Shown one piece after another: positions 27,688 to 38,734 of a stretch of 64,000 nt of DNA. This DNA comes from an uncultured Gammaproteobacteria bacterium. GTDB lineage: Bacteria > Pseudomonadota > Gammaproteobacteria > Magnimaribacterales > TMED112. The position numbers and the translations under genes are program-made. The stretch lies in assembly GCA_913052565.1 (NCBI GenBank), contig CAJXFH010000001.1, positions 15,772 to 79,771 of the forward strand, given 5' to 3'. Each line of letters opens with the position of its first letter. Positions within the stretch are counted from its first letter, which is position 1. Below the pieces are notes generated by a model that worked only from the letters and a program-made list of their open reading frames with translations, was not told where the DNA came from and did not search any database.

Positions 27688-30600
27688 TTATGAAAGTTGT
27701 AAAGGTTTATAATTCCAATTCTCTACTCCTTTTTCTAAAGATTCAACAATTGCAAAGCCTCCTGATATTGTTGTTGTGAGATAAATACTGTGCTCAAGCG
27801 CAGATCTTCTGATTGAAAATGAATCCTTGATAGATTGTCTGCCTTCAGTGGTATTGATAATCATATCAATTTCTTTATTCAGGATAGCGTCAACAATATG
27901 AGGTCTACCATCGAGCACTTTGTTAATTATCCTTACATTAAAACTTTGATCCTTCAAAGCCTCAGCTGTTCCTTTTGTCGCAACAATATTGAAGCCCAAA
28001 TCATGTAATTTTCTGCATAAGTCTGGTAGATATTTTTTATCATTATCTTTCACACTAACAAATACATTTCCAGAGGATGGAATAAGCTCACCTGCTCCTT
28101 TGATTGCTTTTCCAAATGCCTCACCAAAACAATCTCCTCTTCCCATTACCTCACCAGTTGATTTCATCTCTGGGCCCAAGATTGGATCGACTTTTCTGAA
28201 TTTATTAAATGGAAAGACCGGAGCTTTAACAGCATAGTTGGTTGGCATAATTTCAGAATCAAGTCCCATTTCTTTCAATTTTTTTCCCATGATTACTTTT
28301 GAAGCTATTTTTGCCAGAGAATTACCGATGCATTTTGACAGAAAAGGTATTGTTCTGGAGGCCCTGGGATTGACCTCGATCATATAGAATTTGTTATCTT
28401 TTATAGCTACTTGTGCATTCATTAAACCAATAACGTTCAATTTTTTTGCAACAGCTTTAATCTCCTTTTTCAGAGCAAAAAGCTGTGTATCACCAACACT
28501 GTAAGGTGGGAATGAGCAAGAACTATCGCCAGAATGAATTCCAGCTTCTTCAATATGTTGAAGTACTCCGCCAATTAGTGCTTTTTCACCATCGCATACA
28601 ACGTCAATATCAAGCTCAATAGCATCATCTAAAAACTTTTCGATTAATAACGGATTGTCTGCTGATATTTCTATCATATTCGTTAAATAATTTTTTAGAT
28701 CATTATCAGTGTAAATTAACTCCATGGCTCTTCCACCAAGCACATATGATGGCCTAACAATGACTGGATAACTTAATTCTTCTACAGCTTTTTGTGCTTC
28801 TTCTGGTGTTTGAGCTATTCTGTTTTCAGGTTGCACAAAGTTAAATTCTGTAAGGAATGCTTTAAATTTTTCCCTGTTCTCTGCAATATCAATCGATGAT
28901 GGTGGAGTACCTAAAATTTTTACACCGTTTTTTTCAAACTCTTCAGTAAGTTTTAATGGAGTTTGGCCTCCAAATTGAACGACAACACCTTCAGGATTTT
29001 CATGCCTTATTATCTCCAAAACATCTTCTGCAACTATTGGTTCGAAATATAACTTATCAGAAACGTCAAAATCAGTTGAGACTGTTTCGGGATTTGAATT
29101 GATCATTATTGTTTCAATATTTTCTTCTCTAAACGCCAGTGCTGCTTGTACACAGCAATAATCAAATTCAATACCTTGACCAATCCTGTTTGGACCGCTC
29201 CCTAAGACAACGATTTTCTTTTTATTTGATATTTCTGATTCATTAAATTGTTCATAAGTTGAGTACAAATAGTTTGTTGTGCTGTCAAATTCTGCAGCAC
29301 ATGAATCTACTCTTTTAAAAACAGGATGTATCTCTAATTCATAACGATGGTTTCTTACAGCCTCTTCTTTTACTCCGAGGAGATCAGCTATTCGAGCATC
29401 AGAAAAACCTTTCTTTTTCAAGGATAAAAGTAAATGATAGTTAAGATCTGATAATGTAAGTTTACTTATATGTGACTCATCTTCGACGATATCTTTTATC
29501 TGATGCAGAAACCATTTATCTACTTGGCAAGAATCAAAAATTTCTTGCATAGGCCAACCTCTTCTAAAAGCGTCAGCAATAAACCATAGCCTTCTTTCAC
29601 CTGGTGTTGAAAGCTCAAGCTTTAATGCTCCATTTCCTTCATTATCTTTGAGAATACTAGATAAGCCATTTAAACCATTTTCCATTGAGCGTATAGCTTT
29701 TTGAAATGATTCTTGAAAATTTCTACCTATAGCCATGACTTCGCCAACAGATTTCATTTGCGTTGTTAGTCTTGGGTCAGTTTCTGGAAATTTTTCAAAA
29801 TTAAATCTTGGTATTTTAGTTACAACATAATCAATTGTAGGCTCGAAAGATGCAGGAGTTTTGCCGTTTGTTATGTCATTCTTAAGCTCATCAAGTGTAA
29901 AGCCGACCGCCAGAAGAGCAGCAACTTTTGCTATTGGGAATCCTGTTGCTTTTGATGCAAGAGCAGAAGATCTACTTACCCTTGGATTCATCTCTATTAC
30001 AACCAACCTGCCAGTTTCGGGATTTTGAGCAAATTGAACATTTGATCCGCCGGTCTCCACCCCTATTCTTCTTAAAATTTTGAAAGATGCATCTCTCATC
30101 TCTTGATATTCTTTATCTGTAAGTGTTTGTGCAGGAGCAACAGTAATAGAATCACCAGTATGAACTCCCATTGGATCAACATTTTCAATTGAGCAAACAA
30201 TGATACAGTTGTCATTTTTGTCCCTTACTACTTCCATCTCAAACTCTTTCCAACCAACCAAGGACTCATCAATTAACAATTCTTTAGTAGGCGAAAGCTT
30301 TAAGCCATTCATACATATTTCTTCGAATTCTTTGAGGTTATAAGCAATACCACCACCTGTGCCCCCCAGAGTAAACGATGGTCTTATAACACATGGAAGA
30401 CCAATGTCCTTATAAATCTTCCAAGCATCTTCCATGGAATGAGCAAATCCTGACCTAGGAGTTTCTAGGCCAAGTTCTTTCATACAATTATCAAATTTTT
30501 CTCTATCCTCAGCATTGTCGATTGCTTCTCTATTAGCACCAATCATTTCAACAGAATGCTTTTCGAGTATTCCCCTTTTTGCAAGTTCAAGTGAAACATT

Positions 30601-30888
30601 TAGACCAGTTTGACCTCCCATTGTTGGTAGAATCGCATCAGGTTTTTCTTTCTCAATTATTTTTTCAAGAGTCTGCCAATCGACTGGTTCGACATAAGTT
30701 GCATCTGCAACTTCTGGATCCGTCATAATTGTGGCTGGATTTGAATTAACTAATACAACCCTATAACCATTATCACGAAGAGCTTTACAAGCCTGAGTAC
30801 CAGAGTAATCAAACTCACATGCTTGGCCAATTATTATTGGTCCTGAGCCAACTATTAAAATAGTTTTTAAGTCATCTCTTCTAGGCAT
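27688..30888 (-). CDS. carB: carbamoyl-phosphate synthase large subunit
   Basis: It is 1066 aa with duplicated ATP-grasp halves and aligns with CarB throughout. Confidence 0.98.
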   Translation of the reverse strand: MPRRDDLKTILIVGSGPIIIGQACEFDYSGTQACKALRDNGYRVVLVNSNPATIMTDPEVADATYVEPVDWQTLEKIIEKEKPDAILPTMGGQTGLNVSLELAKRGILEKHSVEMIGANREAIDNAEDREKFDNCMKELGLETPRSGFAHSMEDAWKIYKDIGLPCVIRPSFTLGGTGGGIAYNLKEFEEICMNGLKLSPTKELLIDESLVGWKEFEMEVVRDKNDNCIIVCSIENVDPMGVHTGDSITVAPAQTLTDKEYQEMRDASFKILRRIGVETGGSNVQFAQNPETGRLVVIEMNPRVSRSSALASKATGFPIAKVAALLAVGFTLDELKNDITNGKTPASFEPTIDYVVTKIPRFNFEKFPETDPRLTTQMKSVGEVMAIGRNFQESFQKAIRSMENGLNGLSSILKDNEGNGALKLELSTPGERRLWFIADAFRRGWPMQEIFDSCQVDKWFLHQIKDIVEDESHISKLTLSDLNYHLLLSLKKKGFSDARIADLLGVKEEAVRNHRYELEIHPVFKRVDSCAAEFDSTTNYLYSTYEQFNESEISNKKKIVVLGSGPNRIGQGIEFDYCCVQAALAFREENIETIMINSNPETVSTDFDVSDKLYFEPIVAEDVLEIIRHENPEGVVVQFGGQTPLKLTEEFEKNGVKILGTPPSSIDIAENREKFKAFLTEFNFVQPENRIAQTPEEAQKAVEELSYPVIVRPSYVLGGRAMELIYTDNDLKNYLTNMIEISADNPLLIEKFLDDAIELDIDVVCDGEKALIGGVLQHIEEAGIHSGDSSCSFPPYSVGDTQLFALKKEIKAVAKKLNVIGLMNAQVAIKDNKFYMIEVNPRASRTIPFLSKCIGNSLAKIASKVIMGKKLKEMGLDSEIMPTNYAVKAPVFPFNKFRKVDPILGPEMKSTGEVMGRGDCFGEAFGKAIKGAGELIPSSGNVFVSVKDNDKKYLPDLCRKLHDLGFNIVATKGTAEALKDQSFNVRIINKVLDGRPHIVDAILNKEIDMIINTTEGRQSIKDSFSIRRSALEHSIYLTTTISGGFAIVESLEKGVENWNYKPLQLS

Positions 30889-31972
30889 TCATATCCTTAA
30901 AAAATCTCTCAAATAAAACTTCAAATTCCTTTGGTCCTGGACTTGCTTCAGGATGACACTGAATGGAATAAAATGGTTTGGCATTGTGCTCAATCCCTTG
31001 TATCGAACCATCAAATAGGGATCTATGTGTAATATTTAAATCATCTCTATCAGTAATTTCAGATACTGCGAAATTATGATTTTGAGATGTGATAAAAACA
31101 GTGTTTGTCTTAAGATCATGTACAGGGTGGTTAGCTCCATGGTGACCAAATGGCATTTTTTCAATATTTAAGCCATAAGCCAATGACATTATTTGATGGC
31201 CCAAACATATTCCAAAAATTGGCACGTCAAGACTCATCATCTTTTTTACTTCACTAACTGCACTTGAGAGAACTTGCGGATCACCAGGTCCATTTGAAAG
31301 AAATATTCCATCTGGTGCCATCATTTTGATCTCTTTTGCAGTTATGGAAGGAGGAACCACTTGTATATCTCCGCCCATATTTTTCATAATTCTCAAAATA
31401 TTTTCTTTCACTCCAAAATCCACGGCTACAACTTTAAATTGCTTAGTGGTTTTTGGTTTACCGAATGAATAGGCTGTATTTACTGAAACGTTTTTAGTAA
31501 AGTCTTTACCATCCATACTACCGAATTTTTTAATTTCAAATTTTGCTTCCTCGTCAGTGATTAGTTCTGAAGGATATATGGCTCCAATTTTGCAACCATT
31601 GTCTCTAAGATGTTTTGTGAGGTGTCTTGTATCAATATCAGAGATACAAATTATTTTTTGTTCAATTAAAAAATCTTGCAAACTCATTTTTGATCTGTAA
31701 TTACTTGGGAAGTCGCAGAAATTTTTGACTATTAAACCTCGAGCAGAAATTTTCTTTGACTCATTATCTTCAAAGTTTATTCCTGTGTTTCCAATATGAG
31801 GATAGGTGAAAGTTATTATTTGACCGTCATAAGATGGATCAGTGAGTATTTCTTGATAGCCTGTAATTGCAGTATTGAAAACTACTTCGCCAACACCAAT
31901 TTTTTGAGAACCAAAACCAATGCCTTCGAATGAAATTCCATTCTCAAGTAGGAGCTTTGCTGCAAACTTCAT
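30881..31972 (-). CDS. carA: carbamoyl-phosphate synthase small (glutaminase) subunit
   Basis: The GATase motif is GICLGHQ, followed by a downstream His/Glu region ([10 protein letters not shown]). Confidence 0.97.
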   Translation of the reverse strand: MKFAAKLLLENGISFEGIGFGSQKIGVGEVVFNTAITGYQEILTDPSYDGQIITFTYPHIGNTGINFEDNESKKISARGLIVKNFCDFPSNYRSKMSLQDFLIEQKIICISDIDTRHLTKHLRDNGCKIGAIYPSELITDEEAKFEIKKFGSMDGKDFTKNVSVNTAYSFGKPKTTKQFKVVAVDFGVKENILRIMKNMGGDIQVVPPSITAKEIKMMAPDGIFLSNGPGDPQVLSSAVSEVKKMMSLDVPIFGICLGHQIMSLAYGLNIEKMPFGHHGANHPVHDLKTNTVFITSQNHNFAVSEITDRDDLNITHRSLFDGSIQGIEHNAKPFYSIQCHPEASPGPKEFEVLFERFFKDMNA

Positions 31973-32036
31973 TTTCGCTTCCGAATACTATAAAGAAGTT
32001 AGAACATAATTTATAGATCATTTAGAATATCACCCT

Positions 32037-32804
32037 ATGTCAATTTCAATTAAAACCAAAAAAGACATCGAAAATATGAAAATTGCAGGTGGAAAAGCTG
32101 CAAGTGTCTTAGATATGATTGAAGAATATGTTGTACCAGGGGTAACGACAGCTCGCCTTGATGAAATTGCATTTGAGTACATTACTCAAGAATTGAAATG
32201 TATACCGGCAAACATTGGCTACGGTGGCTTTCCCAAAACATTATGTACATCGGTGAATAATGTTATTTGCCATGGAATACCAAGTGAAGATAAGGTTTTA
32301 AAGAATGGTGATATCGTCAATATAGATGTAACAGTTATTGACAACGAATGGCACGGCGATACTTCAAGAATGTATCATGTAGGAAAAGTTCCAGCTCATG
32401 CAGATAGATTAGTTCGAATCACAAAAGATTGTTTGTTTGCTGGCATAGAGGAAGTTAAACCAGGAGCTTCACTAGGTGATATAGGTGCTGCTATACAAGA
32501 ATTAGCTGAAAAAAATCATTACTCAGTCGTCCGTGACTACTGTGGTCATGGCATCGGCAAAACCTATCATGAAGAACCTCAGATAATGCACTATGGCAAA
32601 AGGGGTCAAGGCATAATCCTTAAAGAAGGTATGTGTTTCACTATTGAGCCTATGATTAATCTAGGAACCTATCAGACAAAAATCTTAAATGATGGATGGA
32701 CCGTGGTCACCAAAGATGGAAAACTTTCAGCTCAATGGGAGCACAGTGTTGCAGTCACTAATAATGGCTATGAAATACTAACTTTAGGCCAAAGAGAGAA
32801 ATAA
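32037..32804 (+). CDS. map: type I methionine aminopeptidase
   Basis: The metal-ligand motifs are VNIDVTV, CGHGIG and FTIEPM...EHSV. Confidence 0.96.
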   Translation: MSISIKTKKDIENMKIAGGKAASVLDMIEEYVVPGVTTARLDEIAFEYITQELKCIPANIGYGGFPKTLCTSVNNVICHGIPSEDKVLKNGDIVNIDVTVIDNEWHGDTSRMYHVGKVPAHADRLVRITKDCLFAGIEEVKPGASLGDIGAAIQELAEKNHYSVVRDYCGHGIGKTYHEEPQIMHYGKRGQGIILKEGMCFTIEPMINLGTYQTKILNDGWTVVTKDGKLSAQWEHSVAVTNNGYEILTLGQREK

Positions 32805-33757
32805 TGAAATTACCTATCGCAGCTTATGGAATTGCCCTTTATGACGAAATTGGTTTTTTGAGAGTTGATTATGCTTTTGATGGTGAACTTACATTAATCG
32901 AAACCGATAGTAAAACAAACGGCTGGGAATACGACGAGGAATGGGAGCATTTTGACAAAGATAGATTGGAAGTAATCCAAGAAGGAAGCAGGAAGATTAA
33001 ACCCGTAATAACACATTTAGTTGATGACCAACCTTTAGAAGATGTTCCAACTGCTTGGCTTAAACTTCAGCTTCTTTCAATGAGATATTTCAAACCAAAT
33101 GAATTAAATCTTGAAAATATTTTTGAAGTTTTGCCTAATTTAATCTGGGGGCAAAATTTTATTGATAGAGCTCCCGCAGGATCAATGAAGAGCAAGCCAT
33201 TTGAGTCTGGTTTCTCAGGTGCTAAATCAGTTGATAAGTTTCCACCTATGACTGATTACGTTGTCCCAAGTGGAGTAAGAATTGCAGACACAGCTAGAGT
33301 AAGACTGGGAGCTTACCTAGGCGAAGGAACAACAGTAATGCATGAAGGTTTTGTAAATTACAATGCAGGAACTGAGGGACCAAATATGATTGAAGGAAGA
33401 ATTTCTTCAGGTGTTTTCATAGGGAAAGATACTGATTTGGGTGGAGGCTCATCAACGATGGGTACACTATCCGGTGGAAATGAAAAGATAATTTCTGTGG
33501 GTGAAAGATGCTTGCTAGGTGCAAATTCCGGCATTGGAATTTCGCTAGGAAATGATTGTACAGTTGAGGCTGGATTATATCTAACTGCAGGAACTAAAGT
33601 CACCTTAGTAGACAATGAAGAAAAGATTGTAAAAGCGCTAGAGCTCAGCGGAAAAGATGGTATCTTATACTATAGAGACTCATTAAGCGGAAAGGTATGC
33701 GCTAAAGTTAACAATACTCAATTCAAATTGAATAAAGCTCTGCACGAAAATAACTAA
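32804..33757 (+). CDS. dapD: tetrahydrodipicolinate N-succinyltransferase (long, Pseudomonas-type)
   Basis: It has DKFPPMTDYVVPSGVRIADTARVRLGAYLGEGTTVMHEGFVNYNAG followed by hexapeptide repeats. Confidence 0.92.
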   Translation: MKLPIAAYGIALYDEIGFLRVDYAFDGELTLIETDSKTNGWEYDEEWEHFDKDRLEVIQEGSRKIKPVITHLVDDQPLEDVPTAWLKLQLLSMRYFKPNELNLENIFEVLPNLIWGQNFIDRAPAGSMKSKPFESGFSGAKSVDKFPPMTDYVVPSGVRIADTARVRLGAYLGEGTTVMHEGFVNYNAGTEGPNMIEGRISSGVFIGKDTDLGGGSSTMGTLSGGNEKIISVGERCLLGANSGIGISLGNDCTVEAGLYLTAGTKVTLVDNEEKIVKALELSGKDGILYYRDSLSGKVCAKVNNTQFKLNKALHENN

Positions 33758-33758
33758 T

Positions 33759-34886
33759 TTGGAAATAAAATTTACTCAAGACTTAGTCAGAAAAAAATCA
33801 ATAACTCCAGATGATGGCGGCTGTTTGAATTACATTCAGGAGTTTCTAGCTTCGAAAAATTTTGAAAGTGAAATATTAACTTACGGACGTGTTAAAAATC
33901 TATGGAGCATCAATAGGAAAGCAGGACCTTTACTAATTTTTTTAGGTCATGTAGATGTAGTCCCCACTGGGCCTGAAGATAAATGGGAGCATGATCCTTT
34001 CTCAGGTCATGACGATGGTGAATTTATTCATGGTAGAGGAACGGGTGATATGAAAGGAGGTATAGCTTGCTTTATGTCAGCACTAGCCAGAATTGATCCA
34101 AATGATCTTAATTTCTCTTTGGGTTTTATTATTACATCAGACGAAGAAGGGCCCTCTCGTGATGGAACAGTAAAAGTAGTTGAAGAGCTAATTAGTAGAA
34201 AGGAAATAGTTGATTATTGTCTTATTGGCGAACCCTCAACACTTGAGAATGTTGGTGACAATATAAGGATAGGTAGGAGAGGATCAATTAACATCGAGCT
34301 GGAAGTCCAAGGCAAACAGGGGCATGCAGCCTACCCTGCTAGAGTAGATAATCCCATACATAAAGTTGTGCCATTTCTTGAAAGACTTTTGAAAGAGGAA
34401 TGGGATAAAGGTAATGAGCACTTTCCACCAACATCACTGCAACTCACAAATATCACCGCTGGAGTAGGCGCTCACAACGTGACACCGAATAACCTCAACT
34501 TGAAATTCAATCTACGTTATTCACCTGAGATAACTGCATCACAAATAGAAGAAAAAATTACTAACTTCCTTCATGAAGAAGGTGTCAAACATAAAATTTC
34601 ATTTGAATCGAATGCATTGCCCTTCTATTCAAAGCCTGCCCTTTTGACAAAAGTTGTCCAAAAAAGCATTAATGATGTTCAAGGCTTTGATCCAACTATT
34701 TCATGTTCAGGTGGAACTTCTGATGGAAGATATATATCAAAAACCGGTTGTGAGATTGTAGAGCTTGGGCCCAAATTTGAAACAATACATAAAATTGATG
34801 AAAAGATTGAGAAAGAAGAATTGGAACGATTAACAGATATTTACCATCAAATCTTATTAAATCTTAATGAAGAGACAATTACTTAG
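33759..34886 (+). CDS. dapE: succinyl-diaminopimelate desuccinylase (TTG start)
   Basis: It is an M20 peptidase with GHVDVVP, GRGTGDMKG and SDEEG. The N-terminus aligns with E. coli DapE. Confidence 0.92.
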   Translation: MEIKFTQDLVRKKSITPDDGGCLNYIQEFLASKNFESEILTYGRVKNLWSINRKAGPLLIFLGHVDVVPTGPEDKWEHDPFSGHDDGEFIHGRGTGDMKGGIACFMSALARIDPNDLNFSLGFIITSDEEGPSRDGTVKVVEELISRKEIVDYCLIGEPSTLENVGDNIRIGRRGSINIELEVQGKQGHAAYPARVDNPIHKVVPFLERLLKEEWDKGNEHFPPTSLQLTNITAGVGAHNVTPNNLNLKFNLRYSPEITASQIEEKITNFLHEEGVKHKISFESNALPFYSKPALLTKVVQKSINDVQGFDPTISCSGGTSDGRYISKTGCEIVELGPKFETIHKIDEKIEKEELERLTDIYHQILLNLNEETIT

Positions 34887-34917
34887 ACTTTTTGTATAGA
34901 ATAGACAGTGTCGAAAT

Positions 34918-36519
34918 ATGAGAATGAGAAATTTATTAGCTTTAATGTCACTTTTTATCATTGCAGCATGTAGTGATAAAGAGGAGCCATTAGAAGAGCT
35001 TACTGTTGAGCTTACCGCAAGTTCTGAAACAGTAAACTATGGTGAAACCTTTACACTTACATGGAGCTCCAATGCTAGCCAGTGCTATGCACAAGGTAGA
35101 TGGTCTGGGGAGAAGCCTACCAGCGGTTCTGAAGAGATAGAAAACAAAAGAGGCGGTGACTCACCTTATGTTTTGGAATGTCGCAGAAATAATGAATTTA
35201 AAAACCAAGCTGTCACTGTCACCATAATAAAAACAGTTGCTGACTATTTCATATTTTCGCCGCCAGCTGATGAGCCAGATTTTGTCATAGAGTATGCTGC
35301 TGATGAGAAGGTAAATTTTTCTAGTGAAGCTAGAGGCGATTTTAACGATGATAACCTTCCCGATGTTGTATTTGGGGTCCAAGTAAGAAAAATTGCTGAT
35401 AATTCACTCGTTCAATCAAGATTAATACAATTTTTAGGAGCACCTTTACCGCTTCTAACTGAAGTTACAAACGACGACTGTGATGCTATTAGCAGCCTGA
35501 CGCCAAAAGATTTAGATGGAGATGGATTTACAGATTTAATAGCTACCACAACCGACTATGAAAGACAGAATTTAGGTGTATCAAAAGTTTGTTTCTTTAA
35601 AGGGGCTGAAACCGGTCTTGCGCTTGATAATGAATTCGTAACTAATGATACCAATTTAGATCTTGCTAACGCAGATGTTCGAATAGCCGGCCTCATAGAC
35701 CGAAATAACAACGCTGTTTTAGATATTTACCTACTGACATCAACAAATGAATATTGGATAGAAATTGGGGCAGAAGATGGTCCAAAACTTGAAGAATTTC
35801 AATATGATGGGGCACTACTTGCTGACCAAACTATTACCAATATAGCTGGTTTTGATTTTAATGTAGATTCAAATCCTGACGTCGTATTTGCAACTTATGA
35901 CAGCGCTGATTTGGGCAGATTAATCTCTGTTCCAAAGTCTGGTGACGGCACAAACTGGGCTGAAGGCCAAGTATATGAAAATGTACCTACATTAAAAAAT
36001 GTTACTTTTATTGAGTTTGATCAAGATGAATTCTTAGATGTGTTTGTCATGGGTGATACTGCCCCAACAAATTTTATTGATCCAAGTGCAACTTCAACAT
36101 TTAAAGTTTATGAAGCTGGTGAAGTTAACATTCTGGAGAATGAAACTGATATTGATTTCTCACTTAAATCTGTTGGCTCACTTAACCACGAAATAATTCA
36201 AGCTGATTATGATCAAGATTTCGACGGTGGTGATATTCTTGTTTCCTTTTTAGATTTTGGTGAAGTGACAGCAAAATTCTTAGTGGTAGAAAAGCAAGAA
36301 ACTACTGATGAAGATGATGTTACAACTTATCAATATGTTGCAAATACAGATGAGGAACTAAACTTGGAAAATGTTCCAGTAGGGCAAGCATTTACTGTTT
36401 TTATCGATTACAACAGAGATTTTGATATCGATGTTTTATTTATTGAAAAGGGCGAGCCAAATACTGAAACAGGCTTAACTCCGCTGAGGTTCTTTATTCA
36501 AGAAAACCAATCTAATTAA
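34918..36519 (+). CDS. secreted lipoprotein: N-terminal Ig-like module plus seven FG-GAP/VCBS-like Asp-rich blades (function unknown)
   Basis: It has a lipobox LFIIAAC. There are seven spaced loops of the type D-x-[DN]-x-D-x3-D-hydrophobic: DFNDDNLPDVVF, DLDGDGFTDLIA, DRNNNAVLDIYL, DFNVDSNPDVVF, EFDQDEFLDVFV, DYDQDFDGGDILV and DYNRDFDIDVLF. Confidence 0.6.
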   Translation: MRMRNLLALMSLFIIAACSDKEEPLEELTVELTASSETVNYGETFTLTWSSNASQCYAQGRWSGEKPTSGSEEIENKRGGDSPYVLECRRNNEFKNQAVTVTIIKTVADYFIFSPPADEPDFVIEYAADEKVNFSSEARGDFNDDNLPDVVFGVQVRKIADNSLVQSRLIQFLGAPLPLLTEVTNDDCDAISSLTPKDLDGDGFTDLIATTTDYERQNLGVSKVCFFKGAETGLALDNEFVTNDTNLDLANADVRIAGLIDRNNNAVLDIYLLTSTNEYWIEIGAEDGPKLEEFQYDGALLADQTITNIAGFDFNVDSNPDVVFATYDSADLGRLISVPKSGDGTNWAEGQVYENVPTLKNVTFIEFDQDEFLDVFVMGDTAPTNFIDPSATSTFKVYEAGEVNILENETDIDFSLKSVGSLNHEIIQADYDQDFDGGDILVSFLDFGEVTAKFLVVEKQETTDEDDVTTYQYVANTDEELNLENVPVGQAFTVFIDYNRDFDIDVLFIEKGEPNTETGLTPLRFFIQENQSN

Positions 36520-36704
36520 TTCTTAATAGATACAAATAAAAATAGTACAGCTGCTATTAGCACAGGAGCGATAAGAACTATTTTCGTAAAGTTATTGTTA
36601 GCAATTCTCTTTTTAGAATCTGAATAATTATTAAGAAAATGAAGAAAAATGATTAAGATGGAAAAGAAAACTAAAACTGAAAATTCACCAACTTCTTCTA
36701 CCAT
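36516..36704 (-). CDS. doubtful 62-aa hydrophobic ORF
   Basis: The only support is two hydrophobic stretches. There is no SD. It lies between a strong terminator and the convergent lipoprotein gene and may simply be a 3' UTR. Confidence 0.25.
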   Translation of the reverse strand: MVEEVGEFSVLVFFSILIIFLHFLNNYSDSKKRIANNNFTKIVLIAPVLIAAVLFLFVSIKN

Positions 36705-36724
36705 ACAATAAAGTATATAAAAAA

Positions 36725-36748
36725 AGGGCAGTAATCTCTCACTGCCCT
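36725..36748 (-). terminator. rho-independent terminator of the POT transporter gene (possibly bidirectional)
   Basis: It has an 8-bp stem AGGGCAGT/ACTGCCCT with an 8-nt loop. On the minus strand it is followed by a T-run (the A-run just upstream of 36725 on the plus strand). A TTTTCTT tract follows it on the plus strand. Confidence 0.65.
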
Positions 36749-36766
36749 TTTCTTAGTAAATTAAGT

Positions 36767-38281
36767 CTAGGTTTCAGCTTCAGCTTTCACACTGTCTGCC
36801 GTTCTGGCTATGCCGAATGCAGCAACCGCGACTAGAGCTAAACCAATCACAACATAGTATTGAATCATAAATTCAAATACAGGTGATATGCTGTCCAGTC
36901 CTTCACCTAATGCTTCGCCACCAAGTAACCCTGCAAGCACTCCGCCAATTGCTGATGCAAGGAACCATAAGCCAAACATTTGCCCAACATACTTTCTTGG
37001 TGCATATTGAGAAAATGCTGAGAGCCCAATTGGTGATAAAGCCAATTCACCCCATGTTTGCAGCAAGTAAGTAATGATTAACCATTGCATGCCTACTGGG
37101 CTTACTTCCATTGCTAGATTAACTGCATAAATCATGACAACAAAACTTAAGGCCATGAAGAATAAACCAATAGCAAATTTTACTGGCAGTGATGGGTCTA
37201 GATTCATACGACCAAGATGCATCCAAATACCAGCAAATATAGGTGCAAAAATCACAACAAAGATTGGGTTTGCAAATTGCAACCAACCAATTGGGATTAT
37301 GTAACCACCTACTGATAGATCTGTATAGTCTCTGGCAAAGATACTTAATGAACTTGCTGACTGATCAAAACCTGACCAGAATGCAGCTGCACCAATGAAA
37401 AGAATTAGCAGTAAGAAAAGGTTTTTCTTTTCAACATTTGTTAAGCCTGCAAATAGGAATAAGTAAGAAAAATAAACAAAAGCTACCCCAGTAAGGAATA
37501 CTGCAAAATTTTCTGCAAAAGCTTTTGGCTCTACTGTTATGATTCCCATGAGCCCAAGACCAATTACTACCACCATTAAGACAGCTGTAATTTTTGACCA
37601 TTTTATATATGAATCTCTTTGTGCTTCTGGCATATCATTTGGTTTATTTCCAGCTTCGCCAAGCAAATGTCTGAAATTTAAATATTGCAAGACACCGAAG
37701 AACATTCCAATACCAGCTGCACCGAATCCCCAGTGCCAGCCAATCTTTTCTCCAAGGTACGAACAGATTAGGAAGCCTAAAGTTGAACCAATATTGATCG
37801 ACATATAGAAAATTGTGTACCCTGCTTGGACTCTCGAGTCGCCTTTTTTATAAAGCTGGCCCACAATAGTCGAAATATTTCCTTTCAAAAGACCTGTTCC
37901 TAAAACCACAAGAATTAAGCCAAGGAAAAAAGTTTCAGTTAGTGGCATTGCGAGCGTAAAGTGTCCCATTGCTATTATTATGGCGCCGATCAGGACGGCT
38001 TTCTGATGCCCTAAGACATTATCAGCAAGCCAACCACCTGGAATAACCATAAAGTAGACCATTCCGACGTAAATACCGTAGATAGCCTGAGCATCAACTT
38101 GTGACCAGCCTAATCCAGGGTTAAATCCTGTTACCGCACCTGTCATATAAAGGACAAGTAAAGCTCTCATTCCGTAATAAGACATTCTTTCCCACATCTC
38201 TGTGAAGAATAAAGTCACCATCCCTTTCGGATGTCCAAAAAACCATGTATCGTTTGTTGTAAGATTATTTTGATTACTCAT
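36767..38281 (-). CDS. proton-dependent oligopeptide transporter (POT/PTR2 family, DtpA/B-like)
   Basis: It has the PTR2 signature FFTEMWERMSYYGMRALLVLYM and is a polytopic 504-aa membrane protein. Confidence 0.9.
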   Translation of the reverse strand: MSNQNNLTTNDTWFFGHPKGMVTLFFTEMWERMSYYGMRALLVLYMTGAVTGFNPGLGWSQVDAQAIYGIYVGMVYFMVIPGGWLADNVLGHQKAVLIGAIIIAMGHFTLAMPLTETFFLGLILVVLGTGLLKGNISTIVGQLYKKGDSRVQAGYTIFYMSINIGSTLGFLICSYLGEKIGWHWGFGAAGIGMFFGVLQYLNFRHLLGEAGNKPNDMPEAQRDSYIKWSKITAVLMVVVIGLGLMGIITVEPKAFAENFAVFLTGVAFVYFSYLFLFAGLTNVEKKNLFLLLILFIGAAAFWSGFDQSASSLSIFARDYTDLSVGGYIIPIGWLQFANPIFVVIFAPIFAGIWMHLGRMNLDPSLPVKFAIGLFFMALSFVVMIYAVNLAMEVSPVGMQWLIITYLLQTWGELALSPIGLSAFSQYAPRKYVGQMFGLWFLASAIGGVLAGLLGGEALGEGLDSISPVFEFMIQYYVVIGLALVAVAAFGIARTADSVKAEAET

Positions 38282-38305
38282 AAGTACGAATTAATTTAGC
38301 ATAGA

Positions 38306-38734
38306 ATGAAAAATAAATTCACCTATCCTGGGATATTTTCCCGCTTAATGTCTTTTACATATGACATTTTTTTACTTATGGCTCTCTGGTTCTTGGTAGG
38401 ATTCATTTTCTTGGGTTTGTATAAGCTGGTTTTTACTGAAAATGATTACTTTCCTCCTCCTCTTGGGGCACTACTTATCCTTCTAACTACCGTCTATTAC
38501 TACGCTTATTTTTGGTCAATGGGCAGGAATACATTAGGTATGAGCACGTGGAGTCATTTAATTATTAAAAACGATGGAAGTAAGCTCACTTATAAATTGG
38601 CATTTTTTAGACTCATGCTCTACCTATTAACTAGTGTGATTGGCATGCTTTGGATTTTATTCGATAAAGAAAACAGATGTTTACCAGATAAAATTTTAGG
38701 CCTAAAAGTTATTAAAAAAAGAAGCGTTTCCTAA
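38306..38734 (+). CDS. RDD-family membrane protein
   Basis: It is 142 aa with three TM helices. The N-terminal F-S-R-L-x3-x-Y-D pattern and the layout resemble the RDD domain. Confidence 0.65.
   Translation: MKNKFTYPGIFSRLMSFTYDIFLLMALWFLVGFIFLGLYKLVFTENDYFPPPLGALLILLTTVYYYAYFWSMGRNTLGMSTWSHLIIKNDGSKLTYKLAFFRLMLYLLTSVIGMLWILFDKENRCLPDKILGLKVIKKRSVS

Noticed and set aside
32022-32028. A recurrent TTAGAAT box upstream of map (32022-32028), in the tRNA spacer (22297-22303) and upstream of rocD (13676-13682, complement), considered as a possible shared regulatory motif or as evidence for leaderless map/rocD mRNAs.
   Set aside because: A 6-7-nt A/T-rich word is expected many times by chance in DNA this AT-rich. 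Three occurrences near starts are not significant without TSS data.
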